A stretch of DNA of 64,000 nucleotides from Lama glama. Lineage: Eukaryota. The stretch is taken from contig CM052832.1 of NCBI GenBank assembly GCA_028534125.1, forward strand, positions 21,206,001 through 21,270,000. The letters are read 5' to 3'. The position numbers and the translations under genes are program-made. Under the pieces are notes generated by a model, which did not search any database, was not told the origin of the DNA, and was given only the letters and a program-made list of their open reading frames with translations. Shown here in pieces: positions 51,071 through 64,000 of the stretch (position 1 is the first letter of the stretch; every line of letters starts with the position of its first letter).

Positions 51071-52373
51071 ATAAATAAAAGAAAGAAAAGAGAAGAAAAG
51101 AAATTAATGTCTAACATTTAGAAATCTGGAGATTTTGTATAAAACTCCTTTAAAAACTGGTCTGTGCCCCATGCTGGCCACACAGTCCTACTTGGGTAGA
51201 CCAGCTGGAGCCCGGGAAGCCCTGCTCCCCTTACTGGAGCCTGTGTCCCCAGCTCCTCACTGTGTTCTCTTCACCACTGAGGCCTTAGCCCCCTCAGCCA
51301 GCCTGCCTCGTGCTTGCCCTGTTGGTCTCTTTTCAGAATTTATATAATTCTGAAGTAATTTTATAGTCGTGCCTCTGCAAAGATGAAAAAATGAGAGAGA
51401 GACTGAGCAGGGCCTTGTGTTTCAGGAAAAGTGGGAGAAAACATGTTTCTGGGTGGAAGAGAAACTGGGTGTTTAATGTGTAAACAAAAGACGTCCCAAG
51501 AATACAATCTGGCCCGCTTCAGTTATTTTTATTACCTGCCCAACTTCTGAGGGTGGTTGTGTTTGCCTCCCCGACTTACATAAACTGTTTGTAACTTTAA
51601 GTTTTAAGTAATTGGTATAAAGCTGAAAACCTAACAGAATTTGAAGGCCATGAAAAATCTCTAATTTTCATCAAGTCTTTGGCTGATAAAAGAATCCTGA
51701 TTTTGAGCCTTTGGGGAACAATCCATAGGGTATTATTAATTCATTAATTCGTTGATTAAATCATTATTCTCAATATTTGTTCTCATGAAAAATAATCATA
51801 TATTTTCTGTCTTCTCTGTGTGTACATGTGCATTAGTGAGAGAGGGAGAAGGGGCTCACGTAGATCTCATTCATTGGCACATACATGCATTGTTTGTGCC
51901 AAATCATTCAGCAGAGATGGGAACATTAAATCATATGTCAATATTGCTGTGAAAAAAAAAATTCTAGTACACAAAATGGGCACGTACTGTCACCAGAAAA
52001 AGTGCACTGACTTCCTTTTAAAAGTAAAAAATACAGTAAACACCAGATATTCTGGCACTATGATTGACTCTAGTCTAAAATATCCTGACACTTCTAAATT
52101 TACATACAAGGCATTTTGCCTTTCTTTTTAGTTCTCTTCCTATTGGATGAACTTAACCTTTAGACATCCTGGCTTGGGAATAACAGTGCATTGAATTACT
52201 GTATCACTGGATGAGAGCTGAAAACATCACTTAATAATGAAAATGTCCAATTTCTAATTAGAAATGGAGAATTGCCCCAGTATTTGTCAACCACAGTCTG
52301 ACCTCTGTTGGTTCCCTGAGACATTAGGAAATAGTCTCATGACACAGGCTAAGACATATATAAGAACAAAAGG

Positions 52374-52819
52374 TGTGTGAGTTTCTTACAGTCACTGAAA
52401 CAAAATATTATAATTAGGATGGCCTCAAGCAACAAAAATCTATTCTGTCACAGTTTCAGATGCTAGAATCTGATCTCTAGGTGTCAGCAGGGCCATGTTC
52501 TCTCTCTAAAGGCTCTAGGGAAGAATCTGTTCTAGGTTTTTCTCTTATCTTCTGATGTTGTCAGCAGTCCTTGGCATTCCATGGCTTATAGACACATCAC
52601 TCCGGTCTCTGCTTCCGTTGTCACATGGTGTTCTCCCTGTGTGTCTTTATCTGTGTCTTTCCTCCTCTTCTTGTAAGTCATATTGGCTTAGGGGCCACCC
52701 CAGTGACCTCATCTTAACTTGATTACATCTGCAAAGACCCTGTTTCCAAAGAAGGTCACATTCATAAGGATCTAGGTCTTCAGCATATGTTTTTGGAGAA
52801 GACAATTCAGCCCAGAATA
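52374..52819 (-). mobile_element. MaLR solo LTR (MLT1B/C/D-like)
   Basis: GGTGTCAGCAGGGCCATG...AGGCTCTAGGGAAGAATCT and GACCTCATCTTAACTTGATTACATCTGCAAAGACCCTGTTTCCAAA...GGTCACATTCA...CAATTCAGCCC. Confidence 0.85.
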
Positions 52820-53049
52820 GAGGGACGGGAAGAACAGTGGACGTATCCTGACCACAGCATTAGCTCCTTAGACTCTGGGCCAGCCGGTTCTCATCTCAGC
52901 CGTGGTAGCCTTGTTTCCTTCCTCCTCTGTTTCTGAGCCATCTCTTCCTTCATCCCTCTGCCATGAGAAGCTAGTCCATGTCGGTCAATTTTCATCACTT
53001 TTCAGTTCCCTGTCCATGACTAGTCTCCCTCCTAGCGGGCATTCTCCTC

Positions 53050-55040
53050 ACCCCAAGCCCTGGAAATAGAATCCCTTGATTGGAACCTAGACCACCATTC
53101 CTGGGAATGGCTCCTTTCCCTCCTATCTTTCATTCTTCCCTGTGTGCTTCGGTTTTCTGTTATCCTCACTTTAGCCACCTTGCAACTCTCTTGCCCTGCC
53201 GTCTTTCTCTTCCACCTACTTGTTGAAGCCCAATATTGAAACAGTCCAACTATTTAGTCTCTGGGCTCACACCCGGGCAGCTGAGCACTGTGAGAGGAAA
53301 CCACACAGCTGTGTTTCTCTTCATCTTTCTCTCAGTTCCCTGCCGACGCATTTCATTCTAGCCATAAACTCCTTAATCCCGTGATATCACAGATTCCCCC
53401 TTTCACACCTTTCTCTTCAACTCTTGGTTTATGGAGAAAATACACAGGTACCTTCTTAACTTCCTGCCACCAAATCTGCAAAGTAGCTTTGATCTGCACC
53501 CATCACTTTTCTCCTTCCTGCATGCAACAAAGGAAACAAAGTCCATGTAAAGTCTTCAGTTTCTACTCCCAACCCCTGTCTCTGGACTCAGTCCCCTTTC
53601 TGTCTTCTAGAAATCTCCATGCCTTTTAATCACTTCTCCTCTCCCTTCATTCTCCATCCCCTTCATTGGCTCTTCCCCATCAAAATTTTAAGTCTCTTCC
53701 ATTTGTATAAACAGTCCTTCTCTCACCAAAACTCTTCCCTTAACCTGATACTCACCTTCAGTTTTTTTTCAACTATTTGCAGATTTCTCCTCCTTTCACT
53801 GTCCCTTAAATATTGGTAATCTTTGGTTTCTGCCCTTAACCATCTTTGTTCTTTGCTCTATACAATTTCTCATTGGATTTCATGAATTTACATGCTGACA
53901 GTTTCCCAATCTATAACTCTAGATCAGATTGCTCTCCGAAGACTCATTCATATATCCAACTTTCTACCAAACACCTTCACTTAGATGTCCCACAGGCATC
54001 TCTAATGTACCATTCAAAAATCAAATTCATAATCTCTGCTCCCCAGTACCATTCTGTCTTGCTTTCACCCCATGGGTTTCCCTTACCCCACTTCATCCTT
54101 ACCCCACTGACCCCCACCGGAGACTGAGTGTCATCTGCGGCAGATAGTCTTTGGGCCTCAGCATTCCATATAATTCTATCCATTCCCAAAGGCCTGGATC
54201 TGTGTCTTTTTCGCCCAGGACCTCTTAAGAAGCAATAGTAAGCTTCTCTGCATGTGCAGAGCAGACTGGAAATGCTGGGGAATTAAACCCATCAGCCAAT
54301 GACTCATGGCAATTGGCTTATAAATTCCCCAGCTCTTCAACCTCTTGGGTGGAAGAACTCTGAGACTTTTGTTTTACACCATTTCCCAGGATTTCTCCAT
54401 GACATTAATAGCATAGTTGGCTTGATAAAGCACTCTTTCTTTCTTGGCTCCATTTCCTTCTCTGTTATCACTTCCTCACTTTCCTACCCAGATTCCCTGT
54501 TCTTCTCAAATGAACTACTTGCACTTGAACCTTTTCTTTGAGGTCAGTTTCTGGGGAAAAGCAAAGTAAGACACAGTCCTTCTTTCCAATCCCTTCCTTT
54601 CTTCTTCTTCTTCCAGGCAATTACCAAATTCTATTAATTCTACTTCATAATCATCTTGAGAATCTGGCCACTTCTCTTCAGCTTTCCTGCCATTACCCCG
54701 CTACCCACTGCCGTCCTCTCTAACCGGGGTCACTGCGGCAGTCTCCTGCCTCCCTGCAGTATTGTCCCCCTTCCATCCTTTCTCTTCCCTTCAGGCAGTG
54801 ATCTTTTCAAATATGCAAATTTGATAATATCATCACCACAGTAAACTTTTCAGATCTCAGTTTGGTGCTGAGAAGCTTTCTTTGCTCTTTCAGTTCTAGG
54901 GACCTGTTATTAAAAAGAGCCCCCTGCCATTTCCCTATTAAAGGACGTCTCACCTTGTACACGAGTTGCCTATTCACTCAGCTGTGTTCCTCACTACACT
55001 GTAAACTCTCTAAGGATAGGAACGTTGTTTTCATCTTTCT
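53050..55040 (+). mobile_element. L2 LINE fragments interrupted by an LTR16-like LTR
   Basis: CATGCTGACAGTTTCCCAATCTATAACTCTAG...CACTTAGATGTCCCACAGGCATCTC (53890-54000); continues after 54575 with GTGATCTTTTCAAATATGCAAATTTGAT and CACTACACTGTAAACTCT. Confidence 0.65.
54055..54573 (+). mobile_element. ERV-L LTR (LTR16-like)
   Basis: CAGCCAATGAC...TATAAATTCCCCAGCTC...GGAAGAACTCTGAG; 3' end AATGAACTACTTGCACTTGAACC...TTTCTGGGGAAAAGCAAAGTAAGACA. Confidence 0.75.
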
Positions 55041-55074
55041 TTTCTTTCCCTTTTTTTCCCTCTGTTGTTGTTGT

Positions 55075-58000
55075 AGATGTATCTTTCTGAATTAGTATTC
55101 TTGTTCCTTTCAGATCTATGCCCAGGAGAGGAACTGCTGGGTCATATGGTAGTTCTGGTTTTAGTTTTTTGAGAAACCTCCACACTGCTTTCCTCAGTGG
55201 CTTCACCAACTTACACACCACCAACGGTGTATGAGGGTTCCCTTTTCTCCACATCCTACCCAGCATTTGTTGTTTGTGTTCCTTTTGATGATATCCATTC
55301 GGACAGGTGTGAGGGGAAATCTCATTGTGGTTTTCATTTGCATTTCCTTGATGATTAGTGATGTTGAGCATCTTTTCATGTACCTGTTGGCCATCTGCAT
55401 GTCCTCTTTGGAAAAATGTTATTGTGTTGTTTGTTTTTTTTTCTTCAGATCAGTTAGTGTTTACTTAATATATTTCATTTTTCCACTGTCAGGTGGAAAA
55501 TATATATATATATTGCAATTGTTACATCCTTTTGTTGAATTGACTCCTTTTATCATCATATAATAACCTTATTTGTCTCTTGTTACAGTTTTTGACTTAA
55601 AGTCTATCTTGTCTAATATAACTACCTGTTTTCTCTTTAGAAGGTTTGCATGAGATGTCTTTTTCCGTTCCTTCACTTTGGGCATTTGTATGTTCTTAAA
55701 GCTGAAGTGAGTCTCTTGTTGGCAGCAGATAGTTGGGTGTTCCTGTTTCATACATTCAGCCACTCTATGCCTTCTGATTAGAGAATTTAATCTATTTACA
55801 TTTAAAGTAATTATCAATAAGTAAGGACTTACTAAGGCCATGTTGCTAATTGTTTTCTGGCTGTTTAGTAGCTCCTTTGTTCCTTCCTTTCTCTCTTGCT
55901 GCCTTGCTTTGTGAACTGATGATTTTCCATAATGGTATGCTTCAATTCCTTCCTCTTTATCTCTGTGTGTCTATTGTAGGTTTTTGCTTTGTTGTTACTA
56001 TGAAACTTACATAAAATCTTATAGTCATAACATTCTGTTTTAAGCTGATAACGTACTTTGATCAGTTTTGTGGGGGGAGGTAATTAGGTTTACTTATTTA
56101 CTTTTGATGGAGATACTGGGGATTGAACCTATGACCTTGTGCATGCTAAGCATGCACTCTACCACTGAGCTACACCCTCTTCCTGTAACTTTGATCATAT
56201 ACAAAAACTCTACCCTCATTTTATGTTTTTGATATCTCGATCTTCATTTCATATTTTTGATATCACAATTTATACCTTTTTATATCGTGTATCCATTCAC
56301 AAATTATTGTAGCTATAGTTATTTTTAATATTTTGTCCTTTAACCTTTAGATTGAAGTTGATTAACACATCACCATACTACAGTATTAGAGTACTCTGAA
56401 TTTGACTATATATTGCCTTTATCGATGCATCTTGTATTTTTATATCTTTTCATATTACTAATTAGTGCCCTTTCATTTCAGCTTGAAGAAGTCCTTTCAC
56501 TGTTTCTTATAAGGCAGGTCTAGTGGTGATGAGCTCCATAAGCTTTTATTTGTCTGGGACAGTTTTATCTTGCCTTCATTTCTGAAGGACAGTTTTACTG
56601 GGTAAAGTCTTTTTGGTTGGCAATTTTTTTTCATTCAGTGCTCTGACTATATTATCCCACTCTCTTCTGACCTGCAAGGCTTCTGCTAAGAAATCTGCTA
56701 ATAGCCTTATGGGGATCCCCTTGTATGTGAAGTTTTTTTCTCTTTGCTGGTTTCAAAAACACTCTTTATCTTTGATTTTAGCCCATTTTATTATAGCCTG
56801 TCTTAGAGAAGATCTTTTTGAGTAGAATCTTTTTAAGGACCTATGAGCTTCATCAACTTGGATGTTGACATCTCTCCCCAAATCTGGGAAGTACTCAGCC
56901 ATCATCTCTTTAATTTTTTTGTCTCTTTCTCACTCTATTCTCCTTCTGGTACTCCAGAAATTTGTAGATTGTTTTTCTGGATGATATTCCATAATTCACA
57001 TAGGCTTTCTTCACTCTTTTTAAATCTCTTTTCCTTGTCCTTCTCTGACTAGATAATTTCAAATGACCTGAATATACTTCACAGCTTCTTTGTTCTGCTT
57101 AATCAAGTCTGCTGGTCATGCTCTTTATTGCATTGTTCATTTCATTCGTTATATTCTTCAACTCCAGGCTTTCTGCTTAGTTCTTTTTTATGATTTCTAT
57201 GTCTCAGTTAAATTTCTCATTTTGTTTATGTATTGTTTTCCTGATTTCATTGAATTGTCTTCCTTTGTTTTCTTGTAGCTCACTGAGCTTCCTGAAAACA
57301 ACTATTTTCAGTTCTTTATTAAGCAAATTGCAGATCTCCATTTCTTTAGAATTGGTCACTGGGAAAGTATTGTGTTCATTTGGTGGTGTCATATTTCCTT
57401 GTGTTTTCATGTTTCTTGAAGTCTTACTTTGCTATCTTTGCATTTGAAGAAGCATTCACCTCCTGCAGTCTCTACTGACTGTCTTCATTTGCCTTCCCTA
57501 GGGCAGTGCTGAATGTTCAAGTTTTTATGCTTTCTCCCAACCATGTAGAGTTGGGCTGCCTTTCTGCACTTACTCACTAGCTGTCTGCAAAGACATGCAC
57601 TTGTTGCCCTTGAGGGCACGAACAGGGAGTCAACCACGTGGAGGTGGTGGTGGTGATGTGTGTGAGTGAGCTGCACAGAATGTTGGGGGTGCCTGTGGGC
57701 CAATTGGTGGGGTCCACAGATGAGACATCCCCAGTGACTAGTGGTTGAGCTTCTGATGGAGTCTGCATAGCAGTTAGTAGAATCTGCATCCCTTTCTTAC
57801 AGCTGGAGAAGGTGGGCACTCACTCACTGGCATAGTTCTCTCTCAGCACTGAGCTGTACCACCTTGGGGAAGAAAGGTGACGGGTAAAGTGAAATTGTTC
57901 CTCTTACCTTCTTCAATATGTTCAATCTTGGATTTTTTTTCTCCAACAGTGTGTTGGAACTTCTCTGTTGGACTCTTGGACTTCCACAAAGGCACTCTCA

Positions 58001-58075
58001 TTTGTGAGTGAATGTCAAAATTGATGTTCTTTAGGGGGAAGACAGTGGAATTCCTCCATTTTGTCACCACTCTCT
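55075..58075 (-). mobile_element. Decayed L1: 5'UTR, ORF1, start of the ORF2 endonuclease and ORF2 C-terminus; central ORF2 missing
   Basis: ORF track gives ORF1-like MKTQGNMTPPNEHNTFP...KELKIVVFRKLSELQEN (57204-57410), endonuclease-like IITLNVNRLNSLIRRHRVAE...ICCQQETHF (55569-55841) and ORF2 C-terminal [25 protein letters not shown] / [23 protein letters not shown] (55075-55400). Confidence 0.9.
56065..56183 (-). mobile_element. tRNA-derived SINE (camelid vic-1-like) inserted in L1, with TSD
   Basis: Minus strand GAGGGTGTAGCTCAGTGGTAGAGTGCATGCTTAGCATGCACAAGGTCATAGGTTCAATCCCCAG...AAACCTAATTACC; ACTTTGATCA at 56055-56064 and 56188-56197. Confidence 0.85.
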
Positions 58076-59217
58076 ACACTTTATGTTTTTTAATGCAAAT
58101 TGACACAAATGTCTAAGCCTTTTGGAAGAAAATAATTCTAATTTTAATGCAGTGGACAACTATGGATTTTGTGTGGTTTTATTTGACATAGACTCAGGTT
58201 TAGAACCTTTGCTCCTTGGAAATACACTTGGAACTCTGATGGAAAATGTTACCCTTCTCTTTTCTCTATAATATCGATATACCTGTCACATTCAAGCAGG
58301 GCGCATGATTAATCTTAACGTGCAGGTGTTCTGAGGCCGGAGGTTTGAATTTTCTTCATTCTATGCGGTCTGTTTTAATTTTGATTAATTGCCATCAGGA
58401 ATAACAACTCCTCAGGGCAGATCATTAGGAAGCTACCGAATCAATTCTGTTTAGCTACAGAATATGTAAAACTCATCACCAGCACTGAAATGATCAGATA
58501 CCTTTTATGTTGCCTGCACAAGGAATGCTTAGGTCATTCTAACGAGATTGTAGAAACAAATTTAAATGGAATTGGAAATGCCTTTTCATAAATAAGTTAG
58601 CCATCAAATTTGCCCTTTTTTCCCTCAATAGATTTTCTTAATCCTGTCATTAAAATCAGTAACCACAGCTGGTAGTCTTGGTTGGCAGGAATAATATGCT
58701 TTAGGTATACGCTAGGGGCCTCATCTCAGTACATATTTGCAATTATTAATTGGCAGGCTCACGAGCTCCCGATGCATGAGAAAGGAGCCAAGCTTACCTA
58801 CTGTCCCCCACCCAAGACCACTGCCTTCGTTGGGATGCTGAGTGCTTCACCTTGTGGCTAATGCCTTAGCCTCCTATCTTCCTTACTTCTGGTATAGTTT
58901 CTTCTTGGCCCACTCACACGTGACTCTCAGCTCTTTCTCAAATAGACCACACTAGCTCCTACATTCGCATGTGATGGCCACTGGCCCAGGGGCACTCTTA
59001 CTCCCTTTTGCATCCGGCTATCTCTGTGCATACTCAGGACTTCTCTGAAATGCCACCTACTCTAGGAAGCTTTGTGGCATCGCTGACCTCAGGTGCCTCT
59101 TCTTTGTGTGCATTGCCCCTTGGACCACTTCTCCATAACTGCTGTCATATTTATTGTCACTAACTGTCCACCTCCTCTGTTAAAGGAAGATTTGGCTTGT
59201 CTCTCTACAGCCCTAGT

Positions 59218-59390
59218 TTAGTGGGTCCTCCCCTTTTTGCTTCACACGCTCCTTTGAGAATCTGATGTAAACTTACTCTCTACACAAAGTAGTTTAAATT
59301 TTGCAAATAATTTCAGGGAGTTCTGGGACACTCTAAATCCATCTGTGGACCCTAGGAGTTCATGGACCCCTGACTAAGAGTCCGTGCACT
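59218..59390. mobile_element. hAT-Charlie MER element (subfamily uncertain)
   Basis: CCTTTGAGAATCTGATG ... AATTTTGCAAATAATTTCAGGGAGTTC ... CATGGACCCC. Confidence 0.55.
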
Positions 59391-59409
59391 AGTTCCTAGA
59401 TACATAAAA

Positions 59410-59615
59410 ACAGTTATCACCTAACAAATGCTTACCACTGTTCTGAGCACTTCACATGATCTGCCCCATTTATTCCTTACAACAACTCTATGAGGCAAAT
59501 ACTATGATTAGCCCCAATTTACAGATGAGGAGACTGAGGAACAGCATGTCAGTAACTTGGTTGAGGCTGTTCCTGAGTCCACCCTCAACCAGCCTGCTCT
59601 GTTAACCACAGCATT
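59410..59615 (-). mobile_element. MIR SINE
   Basis: TTTATTCCTTACAACAACTCTATGAGG...CCCCAATTTACAGATGAGGAGACTGAGG, the MIR core in antisense. Confidence 0.8.
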
Positions 59616-62600
59616 ACATCACCTCTCTGTCTCTCTATGGTCCTGTTCATAAAAGGTACCGCATGAATGTCTATTGAATGAACCATAGGCTGAAGGAAAG
59701 TAATAACGTTATGTACAATGAACTCTGAATAAGCTTAAAATCATGCAGAAAATAAAGAGGCTTAACATTCAAATGGTTTGTAAAGACTATGAGCTTTTTC
59801 AGTGGAGTAAACGGCACAGGGGATAAGCTACATCTAACCTTCAGTTAGCTTTAAGGATAAGGGGTAGAAAGGCAAAGAACTTTCACTGAATACTTAATAG
59901 ATGCCTGACATTGAGTTTGCACTTCCTAAACAGACTACCTTATACAACAGCTATTAGACCTGGGAATATAGTTGAATTTCGAGTCCAATATTGACTCTGG
60001 GGAGGGATTGAATAGGAAAATATTAAGTACATGTTCTTTAAAGGAAGCGTTAAGAAAGCACACTTTGTAAAAACGTAACTATTACCTCCCTGTGGCATCA
60101 AGGAATGGAAGATTTCCTGGTAGAATGGAGATGGGTTAAGGAGGTAGGGATGGGGTCAGTTTTTTCTTTCTTTTAATAAAGGTACAACTTTTAGGCCTTT
60201 TGTGACACGGAAGAGTTACACAATTGCAGTTAGATGTGAATAGGACCTTCACTCAAGTGTGCATGCACACACACTTCTGCTCTGGTTTCAGAGAGACAGA
60301 AAGGGAAGCTGGGAAGAGAGAGGAAGAGAGACCACTATGTGGTTATTTTGTGCCGGTCATTACATTAAATGATTCCTAATAGACGCCCTCAGCTGATCTG
60401 GCCTAGGGTTCCTACAATGGCCAGTGGTTCACCAGTCCAATGTCAGCCGCTGGGTTGGGGTAGGGGTCTGGCAGGAGCAGCAGCAGAGAGACTTTTCCTG
60501 CTCTATAGAAACGTTCAGTCTTCTTCAGAATCATATGAGAATAATACATTAGCAATTATAATCATTGTCCATGAACAGCTTTAACCACACTCGAGAAAAT
60601 GCACTTGGTGTCGTTCCTTCCCCATGGTTGCTAAGGCTGAGCTTACTGTGTTCTGTGTATCCAAGTCAGGAGATCCGCCACCAGGTGAGCCTTGACTCCC
60701 TTCTAGCTTGTATGCAGAGGTGGCTCAGGCCTGCGCAGGGCCAGTGTGTACCCACAAAGCTCTTGAGAATGTGAATCTGTGTGTCTGGTGGGGAGGGGCC
60801 TCCAGGTCAACCACGGGGCTCAAAGGTGTATGACATTGGCCATTGTCCAAGTTTGTGTCTTCACTGTAGATCTCCTCAATCGTCAAGGTACTTCCAGTTC
60901 CATCTCACAAATTGCTGGTGTAGGTGGTACTTTTCCCATCAGTCATTTTTATTGCCCTCACACTTAATCCACATCACTGACTCTAGGTATCTCAGTTTCT
61001 CAGTGTCAATATATTTGGTTTAACGAGGATGCTATAAAGAACAAATGAGATGTGACTTCTTCGAAGTAAATTTGGGAAAATTTTCTGGTTTCATTTCTTA
61101 TAAAAAATATTGTCTTTAAAGGTTATATTAGCGAGCTATTGAAAAATATTTTTTTTGGAAATGTTATTAAGTGTTTCCAATACTCATTTGAATATTCTTT
61201 ATAACTTAGCTGTCTTAAACCACAAGCAATATAGAACTCTTACTTTGAAATACAGTCGTTTTCTCTAACAAATCATCGGAAGGGGACTAAATCACGCCAG
61301 CTCTCCACTGAGTTACAATAATGGAGGCTCTAATTATCCAGTCTGCATCTCAAGTTGCGTTGTAATTCATTAAAATTCTTTTTGCCCCTTTTCAGTTGGG
61401 TGCATTTCAGCATTCTAAATCCAAGTCTCTTCCTGTTTCAAAAAAATGTAGACAGTTAATAGAGTATATTTGTGTCTCATTTGTTTGTTAATTTGATTTT
61501 GTAATGATCTCTTTGTCCCTTCATTTCTATAGCCCATGGCTGTGCCTACATCACTAGTCAAAATGCAAATTTTCTTAGAAGCCAGCCCTGACAGTCCCTA
61601 GCAAAAGAATTTTGATCTTGCAAAATTATTTGCATCTGGATGAAGGATTCCCACCACATGGATGAATTTGCACCTGGATGCAAATCCAGGAAGAGTGGGC
61701 TCAGTGGTGGGCTCAGGGAGAGGGAGTTGAAGTCTTGGGGGTGAAGGAAGGTGTTACATTATGTGAAGAATGCAACCCTGTGCTCAGAACAGGACTGAGA
61801 GTAAAAGCCTTTGATTTTTGGCCTATTGGAAGGTCTGCAAAGGTGTGTAGCCATAAGATGTTGGCAGGCTAACTGCGTATTGTCAGGGCAGTGGAGTTTA
61901 TGTCAGTATTCTGCCCTTTGGCTTTCAAAGATCTTTCTGGGCAGCCCAGCTAGGAGAGGTTATCAGGGCCCCTGGCTGCTGGGTAGGGGTCACTATTTGA
62001 CTCGTCTAAACTCTGCATGGGAATGTGTATCTTTTCTTGCCACGGGTCATACCATTTTTGTAACTAGGCACGCGGGGAAGTCTGGAAGTTTTCCTCCTAG
62101 GGATACGCAGGCTTCGAGCCGCCCATGTGAAGTTTATCTGTGCTCTTTCTGCTGTTTGCTGTCTGGAAAGGATTATCTTGGGAAGAGAGAGTTTTAGGTG
62201 CCAGGCTGCTCTTTTCATGTCTTCTCCCCCAGTGAAAACATCAGGTTTTCAGATTACAGACTGAATGTAATTCCATCAGGAAGAGCAGACTCCCAGGAGA
62301 TAATCTGAACTGTCAGGGATTACTGAAAAATGGGATACAATGTATTTTTCTCCACACTTCTTAGAGGAGAAAGGACTAGAACTCACACTAGCATTCTGCT
62401 TTGTGTTTTAAGGTATGAATTGGAGAATCTTTTAGAAACCATTGCTTGCACCAAATCCAAAGGGGAAAATGAAGCTAGAAATAACTTTTAATACATATCC
62501 AATTACCTGAATATTATTTTACAGATCTGAGTAGAGAGAACACGATTTTAGATGATACATAATAGATCAGTATTTGTTAATCTCATATCAAAATTAAATC

Positions 62601-64000
62601 AGATTGTGCATCATGTACTTCATATTTTACTTAATTTAGTTTCACTCAATAGGGATTTTCAAGTGTAGTTTACTATTGCTAATGTACGGTGACTGTACTG
62701 GTTAAGGGTTATGCACTTTAAGAAGATAAAACTATTTGAGCTGATTAGGAATTTTATCTAATTACACTGGTCCATTAAAAAAAATACAGTATCTGCAGAT
62801 CAGCTGAATGGCAGAAGCATCACACCTTAAGTTATTGCTGGAAACGCAGAAGCTCTCCTCCTGGCTTTCTCTGCTTTTATCCCGTGGAACTTGGTGTACC
62901 AAGGATCTTATTCTGCAAGGATTTTGCAAGATGATGTTAACAGCCCTCCCTCTGAATTCTTTCTGCAAGAGTCATTCCTTTTTTTGAAGAGTGGCTATAT
63001 TTGTAATTTGGGCCCTGAACCCTTGAGAACCCTTGGAGTTACTTTAAGGAGTCCTGGAATCTATATTTATACCAAGTACTATGAAGCACAGAATAAATAA
63101 TGCATTGGGCTATATGACTACTATTTTTCATGTGTAAGTTGCTGTTGTAATAATTAATACAGACAAAATACGCTGATCTCGTGGTAGCTCTGATATTGTC
63201 AACCAACAAGGACTAAAACAAAACTATTCTTAGGTGACACATGGGCTCTCATACTTGAAACGTTTGGAAACTACTAGAAAAAAAGGAGTGGAAAGGGCCA
63301 CAAATACAGCAAGTTTCTGTCTGAACTGAAGTTCCTTGTGTACCTCTGAATTGCATACGGTCAAAGGAATTATTCACGTCTAAGAATGAATCTTGCTCAT
63401 GTAACACACTGGCAACAAAAGCGTAGGGCATTGGGATTTGGGGGGCGGGGGCGGGAGGGAAGGAGCACATTCAAATGATCTGCTAACGTGGAGTCTTTTT
63501 TTTTCAATGCTCTCAAATTACCACATTGCGGTTAAGCAGATGACAGCTGGCTGTGGAGGTCGATCAAGTCATTTTAATCACGCTTTCAGCCAGCCAGGAT
63601 GCACTGAATCGTAACTAAGGAGAGGACTCCGTGAAAGGCACCCAACTGCACCCTTTTTCCCAGGCTGAGCTACACTTCTCCCACCCCAGGTTGGATGCTG
63701 GGTCAGGAAAACTGGAGTGGCCAGAGCGGAGGCCAGCCGGACGCCGATGTACCAGGAAGTACCAAGGCCAAGTTACAGAGCGAAAAGGTCCTACCTGTTG
63801 AAGGGTAGGATTGCAAACCAGCAGACGGAACACACAATCACACTGAGTTCACTCCCACCCCTCCGGGAGAAACAGAACCTCAAAACGTCCAACATTTGAA
63901 TAGAAAGGACTAGGCAAGGAGGAGGCGTCTGTAAGCACAAGACCAAAGTTGCCTGCAACCCGGGACACGTCTGCTTCCACTCTTGAGTCGGCAAATAAAT

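Noticed and set aside
56110..56183. tRNA-like A/B boxes (also at ~11060-11130 and ~24775-24840)
   Set aside because: These are SINE heads with shared tails and TSDs, not tRNA genes; no full cloverleaf
54994..57447. ORFs with real protein similarity (L1 ORF1/ORF2 pieces)
   Set aside because: Frameshifted, stop-ridden retrotransposon remnants, not host genes
60676..60692. CTCF-like CCACCAGGTGAGCC
   Set aside because: Breaks the conserved GGC core of the motif; too weak to call

Overview
Mammalian genomic window, probably a camelid, judged from three copies of a tRNA-derived SINE resembling the camelid vic-1 family plus cetartiodactyl-type L1 3' ends. It holds one protein-coding gene: intronless SOX4 on the minus strand (CDS 38302..36887, 471 aa, SoxC HMG box and C-terminal transactivation domain). 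The gene has an ~800-nt 5'UTR with upstream ORFs, an ~2.7-kb 3'UTR ending near an AATAAA at 34220..34215, and a CCAAT-box/CpG-island promoter. A second CpG island lies 4-6 kb upstream and carries a strong CTCF motif. The rest is gene desert: decayed L1, L2, MIR, ERVL/MaLR LTRs, Tigger/hAT DNA transposons and microsatellites, separated by unique stretches with enhancer-like motif clusters. I found no evidence of a new protein-coding system. The most interesting signals are regulatory: a candidate Notch dimer (paired RBPJ) site ~17 kb from the TSS, the oriented CTCF site, a hairpin plus uORF module in the leader, a G-quadruplex directly after the stop codon, and RUNX/E-box/ETS clusters. Repeat subfamily names and human comparisons are from memory and need database confirmation.
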